IMG/VR virus record: IMGVR_UViG_3300028588_000053
Span: 1-37,815 of that record
Strand: one strand, 5' to 3'
DNA: 37,815 nt
Source: a virus
Taxonomy: Duplodnaviria; Caudoviricetes
Positions within the stretch are counted from its first letter, which is position 1; the number at the start of each line of letters is the position of its first letter. Below the pieces are notes generated by a model. The model worked only from the letters and a program-made list of their open reading frames with translations, did no database searches and was not told where the DNA came from. Shown one piece after another: positions 16,990-23,755 of the stretch. A program made the translations under genes and the position numbers.

Positions 16990-17696
16990 GCGGCTTCGAG
17001 CAGGGCGATGCCGGTGACATCATCCGGATAGTCGCCGGCGCGCTCCAGCCGCGCTCGGCATCCCGAGATCCAGCGCTTGCGCGTGTCGGCCGGCGCTGCG
17101 TCGCGCTTGAGCCACACGAACGCGGAATACGTGGTGGCGCTGCTGGCGGTCGCGCCGGGCTTTGCAGCGAGCGGATCGAGCGCGCCGGCGCGCACCAAGC
17201 GGCCCTTGAGCATCACGACGCGTTCGCTGAATTGTAGTTCGTAGCTGGGCGGGTTCGGGAGGAACAGTTCGGCCGCCCGGCCTTGCCCCTCGGCAAAGGA
17301 ATTGCGGGCGATCACGGCGACGCCGACGCGGCTCAAACGGATCGCGCGTTCAATGAATTCCTGCGCGAGCCGGAACGGCGGGTTGAGGAACGTCCAGTCG
17401 GTTTGCTCGAAATGGGCGTCGAGGCCGAACAGATAGTCGTCGACCGCGAAGCCGGCGCCGTAATCGTGAACGTCGCTCGCGATGACGCGGGCGAACGCCT
17501 CGCGCAGGGGCCGAACCATGTGCCCGCGATTGGCGCACGGCTCGCGGCAGTCGGATTGCGCCAGATCAAAGCCGAGCGTCGCGAGGAACTCGCAAATCGC
17601 GCGCGTCGCCCAAGGCGGTGTAGGAAAATCGTCAAGGCTGTCATGCGCCTCAACCCGGCGCTGCATGACGGCAGTGGAGCGGTTCGCACCTGTCAT
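16986..17696 (-). CDS. DNA amino-methyltransferase (probably N6-adenine)
   Basis: DDFPTPPW (motif X), EPCANRGHM (motif I), NPPF (motif IV). Confidence 0.85.
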   Translation of the reverse strand: MTGANRSTAVMQRRVEAHDSLDDFPTPPWATRAICEFLATLGFDLAQSDCREPCANRGHMVRPLREAFARVIASDVHDYGAGFAVDDYLFGLDAHFEQTDWTFLNPPFRLAQEFIERAIRLSRVGVAVIARNSFAEGQGRAAELFLPNPPSYELQFSERVVMLKGRLVRAGALDPLAAKPGATASSATTYSAFVWLKRDAAPADTRKRWISGCRARLERAGDYPDDVTGIALLEAA

Positions 17697-18016
17697 TCGC
17701 GCTCGCCGTCCTCCCAACATGTATCGCAATAGTCATCGAGATCGGATGACGTGCCGCACAGGTGGCAGGGGCCGGCAACGGGGACATGATCGAGGAAGCG
17801 GAACGCAATCGTATCCGACCAATCGACGGCAGAGGCGAAGCGCTTGGGCTGCAATCGGATGTCGCCGGAGAGCGCGCCCGTGATGCAGATCAATTCGGGA
17901 TCGCCCCCGATATCGAGATCAGCACCGGCATCGACACGCACGAACCGCAGCGCGTCGATGTAGAGATCTAGCGGCCAATTCAGACCGTCGGCGTGAATCG
18001 TGCGCGAAGATGCCAT
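17693..18016 (-). CDS. Hypothetical protein with C-terminal CxxC-x9-CxxC zinc finger
   Basis: CHLC...CDTC; ATGA overlap with the MTase. Confidence 0.65.
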   Translation of the reverse strand: MASSRTIHADGLNWPLDLYIDALRFVRVDAGADLDIGGDPELICITGALSGDIRLQPKRFASAVDWSDTIAFRFLDHVPVAGPCHLCGTSSDLDDYCDTCWEDGERE

Positions 18017-18021
18017 CGCGA

Positions 18022-18264
18022 TCAGGCTTCGCGCGCCGCAAACGTCGGCGAAACGATGTCGGTCGGATACAGCGTGAGGACGCGCGTTCCGATCACGTCG
18101 GCGAGCTGGTCGATCGCGTGCGCGTCGAAGGGGCCTTGCAACTCGGCCGCCATGCTCGCGCGGCCCAACTCATAGGCGACGACAGCAGCGATCGTGCGCT
18201 TGGTGAAATCGACCGTGAGCGGACACAGATCGGCGGCGGAGGGGAAGGGGGCGGGATCAGCCAC
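18022..18264 (-). CDS. Hypothetical protein
   Basis: GTG start overlapping the end of the upstream gene; 80 aa. Confidence 0.55.
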   Translation of the reverse strand: MADPAPFPSAADLCPLTVDFTKRTIAAVVAYELGRASMAAELQGPFDAHAIDQLADVIGTRVLTLYPTDIVSPTFAAREA

Positions 18265-18550
18265 GAAAACCCGCCTCGCGTGCCGTCTGAGGCAGCGCCC
18301 TTGCGAGCAGCGTGACCAACACGCGATCGGCGCGCATGATGACGTAGCCGGCATCCGCCATCGCCTTGCGGATCGCATCGGGCACCCCCCGGCCGGCGTC
18401 GGGCACCGGCCGGGACAGATCGGCGATTACTGCGTCGGCGATCGCACGGGCGAGCTTGGGATCGCGCGACGCTCCCTCGAAACCGGCGTTGAACACCGGC
18501 TCCGGGATCGCACGCGCGAGCGCCTTCGTGACGGCCTCCATCACAGCCAC
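18257..18550 (-). CDS. Hypothetical protein
   Basis: ORF overlapping the gapR stop; start could be 18550, 18544 or 18541. Confidence 0.55.
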   Translation of the reverse strand: MAVMEAVTKALARAIPEPVFNAGFEGASRDPKLARAIADAVIADLSRPVPDAGRGVPDAIRKAMADAGYVIMRADRVLVTLLARALPQTAREAGFRG

Positions 18551-18777
18551 AGCGCGTTCTTGTAGGTTTCGAGCAGCATTTCCGCTTCGTCGCGGTGATG
18601 CTTCTCCATGCGGCGCAGGCGGACGATCGTGCGGATCGTTTTCACGTCGAAACCGGTCGATTTGGCTTCGCCGTACACGTCTTTCTTGTCGTCCTTGAGG
18701 CCCTTTTCCTCTTCCTCAAGGCGCTCGATGCGCTCGATCAACAGACGAAGTTGCTCGGCGGAAATGTTGTCGCTCAT
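18541..18777 (-). CDS. gapR: GapR-like nucleoid-associated protein (DUF2312/UPF0335)
   Basis: [19 protein letters not shown]...[23 protein letters not shown]...LLETYKNAL. Confidence 0.92.
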   Translation of the reverse strand: MSDNISAEQLRLLIERIERLEEEEKGLKDDKKDVYGEAKSTGFDVKTIRTIVRLRRMEKHHRDEAEMLLETYKNALWL

Positions 18778-18781
18778 GGGG

Positions 18782-18970
18782 TCAGGCTCCAAAGACAGAG
18801 AGAATGCCGACGTGCGTCGTCAGGGCGTCGATCGCGGCTGCGATCGGAACGGCGGTCGCCATGCCGGCGACGGCGATCAGGCAATGCGCGGCGAAGCTCG
18901 GCACGCTGGCGCGCGGGCGGCGCGTGGCCGAGCGCGGGAACGCGCCGGTGGGAACTGTGGCGGAAATCAT
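18782..18970 (-). CDS. Small protein with hydrophobic C-terminus
   Basis: 62 aa, AAGGA SD before the ATG. Confidence 0.55.
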   Translation of the reverse strand: MISATVPTGAFPRSATRRPRASVPSFAAHCLIAVAGMATAVPIAAAIDALTTHVGILSVFGA

Positions 18971-18990
18971 CGTGGTTCCTTTCTTCGGTG

Positions 18991-19266
18991 TCAGTGGAAG
19001 CGGGGCGATGCCGGCTCGGCCGTGAGGGCGCGGAAGCGGGCGGGATCGACCGGAAAGGCCTTGGCGAGCCGATCGAGGAAGTTTTGCGAGGGGACGTGCC
19101 GGCCCTGCTCGACCAGATCGAGCGTCAGCCCTTGCAGCTTGGCGTTGAGCGGGTTGAGCGCGACACGCGCGCCGGCCTGCTCGATCGACAGCCCCGCGCG
19201 TTCGCGGCATTCGCGCACGTATGCGCCGGCATGGGCGGTAGCTTTGGCGGTGGTGATCACGATCAC
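18991..19266 (-). CDS. XRE-family HTH protein
   Basis: GAYVRECRERAGLSIEQAG...VEQGRHVPS; GTGA overlap with the upstream stop. Confidence 0.7.
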   Translation of the reverse strand: MIVITTAKATAHAGAYVRECRERAGLSIEQAGARVALNPLNAKLQGLTLDLVEQGRHVPSQNFLDRLAKAFPVDPARFRALTAEPASPRFH

Positions 19267-19388
19267 CGCCCCAAACGGCGCGCGAGGCCGCGAATGAGGA
19301 AGCCGAGCGCGAGCGGCACCGCGAGCAGCACCATGAGGACGAATGCCGCTGTGCCGATATTGGCATTGTGAAGGTTGCGGGGGGTCAT
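19263..19388 (-). CDS. 41-aa membrane peptide (not in ORF track)
   Basis: MTPRNLHNANIGTAAFVLMVLLAVPLALGFLIRGLARRLGR; GAGAGG SD; stop overlaps the next start. Confidence 0.6.
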   Translation of the reverse strand: MTPRNLHNANIGTAAFVLMVLLAVPLALGFLIRGLARRLGR

Positions 19389-19402
19389 GCGGACCTCTCG
19401 GA

Positions 19403-19696
19403 TCAATGGAAAAGATCAGGCTGGGGCGGCGGGTTGGCCGCGCCATCGGTCGGGAGCTTGCGGAGGTTCTGGTTGCCGATCGGGAGCAGCACCCTCGGGT
19501 TTTGCTTCTTGCTCGGCCGAACGATGTGCGAGACCATGACCTGTGCGACGAAGCTGCAATCGCAGTCGTCATCCGTGCAGACGAGCCGGATTTCGCGCAT
19601 GGTTTCCGTGATCTGCAAGCTGGTGCGGACCATCGCCTTCGTGTTGCAAACGGGACAGGCGATGCCCGGCAGGCGCTCGCGGCGAATGACTTTCAA
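19403..19696 (-). CDS. ogr: Ogr/Delta-like zinc-finger late transcription activator
   Basis: CPVC...VRTS...C-x4-C..SF..IVRPS pattern; TTG start overlapping the upstream stop. Confidence 0.88.
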   Translation of the reverse strand: MKVIRRERLPGIACPVCNTKAMVRTSLQITETMREIRLVCTDDDCDCSFVAQVMVSHIVRPSKKQNPRVLLPIGNQNLRKLPTDGAANPPPQPDLFH

Positions 19697-20151
19697 GCTG
19701 TAGCTTCCTTGAGGCTCGCGAGTACCTGCCGCGACAGCTCGGCGAGCGACGTGATGCCCTCGCTGATTTCGCGGTGCGCAGTGCGGTGCTGCTCTTCGGT
19801 CGCGTCGGGGCCGAGCGCGCAGGCGGCGGCGATCGCCTCGCCACACTCGCGCGCAGCATCGGCGAGCGCGGGGCGAAGATCGTCGGGGCAGGGGCGTTCG
19901 TCCGCGATCGCGGCAAGCATTTCTTCATAGGCGTCGAAAATGGGCGGGTGTTTCCCGCCAGCCTGAATAAAGGCGGCATCGAGTGTCAGACAGTCCCGAA
20001 CAGATGGAATGTAATCCGAACCCTCTTCCATCCAAAAGTAGACACGTCGCTCCGACTTACCGACTAAAGCGGCCATCTTCTTCGCGCCCAATAGCGTCTT
20101 GATACGCTCTACCGCCGCAGGAAAACCTTTGATCGCTTTAGGCTTCGCCAT
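19693..20151 (-). CDS. CII-like phage regulatory protein
   Basis: N-terminal HTH (KMAALVGKSERRVYFW) plus helical C-terminus (ARECGEAIAA); second gene of the early operon. Confidence 0.55.
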   Translation of the reverse strand: MAKPKAIKGFPAAVERIKTLLGAKKMAALVGKSERRVYFWMEEGSDYIPSVRDCLTLDAAFIQAGGKHPPIFDAYEEMLAAIADERPCPDDLRPALADAARECGEAIAAACALGPDATEEQHRTAHREISEGITSLAELSRQVLASLKEATA

Positions 20152-20235
20152 CGTTGCCCCCTGTACTATTCATTTGTTGGTTGCTTCTGGTCAGATTTTT
20201 CGTTGAATTTGATCGTGACTTGGGAACAACGATCG

Positions 20236-20556
20236 TTAGGGTTTGTTTTTGAGGGAGGGTGTCCCCCCGAGTCGTTCGTCGATGTCGGGGAGATCGCCGT
20301 CTTTCAGACCGAGCATGACGGCGATGCGGTGGGATTGTCCGCGCACGCAGGACCGTCGACCGGATAGGATTTCGTGAACTAGCTTGATGGAGAACCCGTT
20401 GCGCCTTGCCCAATCGGACATGTTCGCCCCTGAGCGCGCGATCGAAGCGTTCAAGTCCGCTACGCGCTTAGGATCGAGCCCTTTGCGCTTGGACGCGGCT
20501 GCATCGGACCTTTCTGGCCCTGAAACATCATCCTGCGAGACTTTCGACCCCGACAT
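20236..20556 (-). CDS. Cro/Ner-like DNA-binding protein (BcepMu gp16-like family)
   Basis: SDWARRNGFS..LV.EILSGRRSCVRGQSHRIAVMLGLK; first early gene, divergent from the repressor. Confidence 0.8.
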   Translation of the reverse strand: MSGSKVSQDDVSGPERSDAAASKRKGLDPKRVADLNASIARSGANMSDWARRNGFSIKLVHEILSGRRSCVRGQSHRIAVMLGLKDGDLPDIDERLGGTPSLKNKP

Positions 20557-20570
20557 GTGGCATGCTCGTT

Positions 20571-20636
20571 TTGTGGAAACGTGTGGCAATGCTACACACA
20601 TTCGTATGGTTCGGCAAGGGGCGGGCACACATTTGT
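20571..20636. promoter_or_regulatory. Lysis/lysogeny switch: early promoter and operator repeats
   Basis: Minus-strand TTGCCG-N17-TAGCAT (20617-20589); direct repeats CACACATT(C/T)GT at 20595 and 20626 flank its -35. Confidence 0.6.
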
Positions 20637-21181
20637 CTAGCGTAGGCGAGCGATTGCGCGCGGAGCGGCTGCGTCTCGGGCTTAATCAGGCCGAAATGGC
20701 CGCGCTCGGCGGCGTTTCTCCGAACTCCCAGATCAACTATGAAGGCAACAAGCGTTCGCCTGACACGGATTACCTCGTCCAGCTCGCATCGAGTCGCGTC
20801 GACGTTGGATTTATCGTCACTGGCGAGCCATCTGGCGCAAAACTCGGCGCCGAAGAACAGCGCCTTATTGCACTCTTCCGTAGTGCTGGCCCCGATGAAC
20901 GGCAGAAAATCTTGCGGATGCTCTCTGCGTTTATCGGTGAAGCTGATCAGGCCCGCCCGAAACCGTCTGAGCTGCTCCCCGAACACGCGCTGTTGCACGA
21001 AATGTTCAGCACGCTTCTGCTCGCCGTTGACTTGAGCGAAGGCAAGGAAGTGATCGCCGATTACCTCGCCACCACGCTTCAATCTGGCATGGAGGTGGTC
21101 GAAGACCCACGATGGATCGTCCCGCCTGCGGAAGATGCTAGCGAGCGCAGTGAGGAAGCCCCAGCGCGCAAGCGCGCCTGA
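20633..21181 (+). CDS. Immunity repressor (XRE HTH, no S24 peptidase domain)
   Basis: VGERLRAERLRLGLNQAEMAALGGVSPNSQINYEGNKRSPD; start TTG 20633 or ATG 20606. Confidence 0.85.
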   Translation: MSSVGERLRAERLRLGLNQAEMAALGGVSPNSQINYEGNKRSPDTDYLVQLASSRVDVGFIVTGEPSGAKLGAEEQRLIALFRSAGPDERQKILRMLSAFIGEADQARPKPSELLPEHALLHEMFSTLLLAVDLSEGKEVIADYLATTLQSGMEVVEDPRWIVPPAEDASERSEEAPARKRA

Positions 21182-21197
21182 TCGTGTCTGCGGCGGC

Positions 21198-21434
21198 CTA
21201 TCCAGCCGCGCGCAGCTCAACAACATTCGCTCCACCTTGGACCCAAGGCATCGCAAGCCGTCCTTGAGAACGAAGTCGATCGGCACGCGACTGCGCATCG
21301 CGTAGCTTCTGCGCAAGCGCGACCGATGCACTATCGGCCATTTCCGCCCTAATCGTTTCCACAGTTTCACACACTTTGATGTATGTGGTTCTGAGTATCG
21401 CACACCTAGCAACACAGTTCTTGCAGGAAAGCAT
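21198..21434 (-). CDS. Small hypothetical protein convergent on the repressor (candidate antirepressor)
   Basis: MLSCKNCVARC...NVVELRAAG, 78 aa, GGGGA SD; alternative ATG at 21341. Confidence 0.4.
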   Translation of the reverse strand: MLSCKNCVARCAILRTTYIKVCETVETIRAEMADSASVALAQKLRDAQSRADRLRSQGRLAMPWVQGGANVVELRAAG

Positions 21435-21671
21435 GCACCATGCTTCCCCTATCCCCAACGCAGCCCCGCCCAAACCACCGCCCCCGACAGCTAAACTTAA
21501 CACTGATATCCAGAATGTTAGTGATACTACGCTTAGGTGATTGCGTCGTTTTACTTCGATAGTGGATGTAAACGCTATACATCGGTTCTTTTCATCCCGC
21601 CACTAGCCTTTTCGGGCTTCGACTGCCGGCATTCCCCGGCGCGACTCGAATGGGCTGCTCTTATCCCGTTT

Positions 21672-21686
21672 GTTCCTTGTTTGTTC
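21672..21686. promoter_or_regulatory. Alphaproteobacterial LexA (SOS) box
   Basis: GTTCcttgtttGTTC = GTTC-N7-GTTC with a pyrimidine-rich spacer, intergenic. Confidence 0.7.
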
Positions 21687-21749
21687 TCATATGCCGTTTT
21701 GCGTCCTGTAGGAAAGAGGGTAAAGCGCGCGGAGAAAAATGGGGCGGGC

Positions 21750-22337
21750 ATGGCAGATCAGGGACGCGCACGACGGCAGAAATGGTCGGAGTTTGCGCCG
21801 TGGCAAAAGGCTACGTCAGTTGGGTGCGGTGGCCTGATGGCGTTGGCGATAGCCATTTTTGTCATCGGCATTGTCTCAGCCGTTCTTCCGTCCACGCCCG
21901 CACCGGCGCCGACAAGCATACGCACGGTCGATAGGTCGATCACACGGATCGAGCGCGACGGCGAGCAGCTCTGGATTTTCTCGACACTGCCCGAAGCCGT
22001 AACCGGCGATCAGGGGTATCTCATCAGCGCGGCGGACGTGAGTGCGCGGATCGGCAAGGGTGTGAAAGCCGAGCTTGCCGGCGCGCCGAAAAACCTGTCC
22101 GGGATCAATATCAAATTCCGGGTGCCGGGCGCAGACCGTCTCGGGAACCCCGGCACGGCCAATTTCATGACGATCGAATATCCGGCGAGTGATCTTCGCG
22201 CCGCAAACTACAAGGGACTTGAGCCGCTTGGTGTTCTCAACCTTGCTTCGTCCGTTTCCATCTATCCCAGCAAGGATGTGCGGGATTTCTGCAAAGGCGG
22301 TGGGCTGGACGATTTTTGCGCGAAGGCGCTTCGTTAA
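21750..22337 (+). CDS. Single-pass membrane moron protein
   Basis: TM segment LMALAIAIFVIGIVSAVL, Pro linker, soluble domain with a C-terminal Cys pair; opposite strand to the tail genes. Confidence 0.7.
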   Translation: MADQGRARRQKWSEFAPWQKATSVGCGGLMALAIAIFVIGIVSAVLPSTPAPAPTSIRTVDRSITRIERDGEQLWIFSTLPEAVTGDQGYLISAADVSARIGKGVKAELAGAPKNLSGINIKFRVPGADRLGNPGTANFMTIEYPASDLRAANYKGLEPLGVLNLASSVSIYPSKDVRDFCKGGGLDDFCAKALR

Positions 22338-22340
22338 GGG

Positions 22341-23348
22341 CTACTTCCGCGGTTCTAGCGAGATCGCCGATACGAACCCCTGCGCCTCGATCCTGTGCGC
22401 GACCTCGGAGATCAGCCAGGGCGTCGCGTCGATCTCGGCCTTGAAGCCCTGCACCGTCACCGGGCGCTCAATCGACAGCTCGGCGACGCCGTAAGCTGCG
22501 GTGATTTCCAGCTTCGCCGGCTGGCGCCCAGCTCGGCCGAGCGCGGCCTTGGCGGCAGTATCGGCCGCGCCCTTGTTCGCGTAGACCCGTGACAGATGCT
22601 TAGCGCCCTTCTTGGTGCCGGCGACAACGCGGACCTTCTTGGCCTCGCCACGATCGTGATAGGATGCCGACACGCCCGTCACTTCCTCGCGCTTGGCAAG
22701 CTGGTAATTGTGGCGATCGCCGTCACCCCGCTTGAATGTGAAGGTCGGCAGCGTCTTGCCGCTCGGCGTCTTGCCCGATCCAACCGGGCCGAACAGAAGA
22801 TTCCCGGCCTTGATCGTCGCCACGCAATCATGCTCGCGCCCTAGCCTGCGGATCAGCGCCGCGTCGCTCTCCCGGCTCTGGTGAACGCTGGCGAGCGGGG
22901 TCGCCGCAACATCGTCCGATACCTTGAGCGTCCAGCCGTTGCGCGTCGCGACATCATGCAGAACGGCGGCGATCGTCGTGTCGGTCCAAGCATGTTCGCG
23001 CCGGTTGCGGAAATCGCTGGTGGCAGTGAAGTTGGCGGAACGCGCGGTGATCCTGATCGTATCGGGCGGGCCTTCATGGGTCACCTCATCGACCAAGAAC
23101 GTGCCCTTGTTGACCAGCCCGATCGTCACGTCGGGGCCTGCCTTCCAGCCGATCGCAACGGTGAGGCTCGCGCCGATCGCTGGCAACGCAACGCGCCCAT
23201 CGGTGTCGTCTATGACGATTTCGAGCTGATCGGCATCGTCACGGCGATCGGTGATCGAGAGCGTGACGAGGCGCGGCCGGATCGAGCCGGTCAAATCCTT
23301 CCCGTCGAGCGTGACTTTGAAATCGGGGATGTTGGCGAGCTGGCTCAC
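22341..23348 (-). CDS. gpD: Baseplate hub / late control protein D (P2 gpD)
   Basis: ADQLEIVIDD, GPPDTIRITARSA, QSRESDAALIRRLG. Confidence 0.93.
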   Translation of the reverse strand: MSQLANIPDFKVTLDGKDLTGSIRPRLVTLSITDRRDDADQLEIVIDDTDGRVALPAIGASLTVAIGWKAGPDVTIGLVNKGTFLVDEVTHEGPPDTIRITARSANFTATSDFRNRREHAWTDTTIAAVLHDVATRNGWTLKVSDDVAATPLASVHQSRESDAALIRRLGREHDCVATIKAGNLLFGPVGSGKTPSGKTLPTFTFKRGDGDRHNYQLAKREEVTGVSASYHDRGEAKKVRVVAGTKKGAKHLSRVYANKGAADTAAKAALGRAGRQPAKLEITAAYGVAELSIERPVTVQGFKAEIDATPWLISEVAHRIEAQGFVSAISLEPRK

Positions 23349-23752
23349 GCGGCGCGACCTGCCACAGCCTGCGGATCGTCGACGCGGGAAAGGTCGACGC
23401 TGAATTCGATCACACGCGGCTCGCCGGTCGGGAAGAACAGCTTGGTGCGCTCATCCAGCGCCTCGATCACGAACGAGCCGATCACGCGGCCAGTGCCGTC
23501 CACCAACGGCCATATGCCGCCTGTGTCCGCCATGTCGCGCAGCTCATCGATCGACGCCACGCCATCTTGCAGCTCGGCGATCGCTTGTCCGGAGAGGGTT
23601 ATCTGATCCTCGCCCGGCCCAACGAACTGATTGGCGTCGCGGGCACCGATCCGCTGCGATCGCGAGTGGCGCCACGTCGCGCGACGGATCATCTCATCGA
23701 AAAGCAGTGTGTCGATCGCGAAAACGAACGTGCCGAGGGACATCACGGCCAT
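23345..23752 (-). CDS. gpU: Tail protein U (P2 gpU)
   Basis: MSLGTFVF, QFVGPGEDQITLSG, WPLVDGTG. Confidence 0.93.
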   Translation of the reverse strand: MAVMSLGTFVFAIDTLLFDEMIRRATWRHSRSQRIGARDANQFVGPGEDQITLSGQAIAELQDGVASIDELRDMADTGGIWPLVDGTGRVIGSFVIEALDERTKLFFPTGEPRVIEFSVDLSRVDDPQAVAGRAA

Positions 23753-23755
23753 GAC

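Noticed and set aside
20572-21363. 10-bp inverted repeat TGTGGAAACG/CGTTTCCACA flanking the repressor gene
   Set aside because: Could be a distal operator, but it is short, the second copy falls in a probable ORF, and chance cannot be excluded
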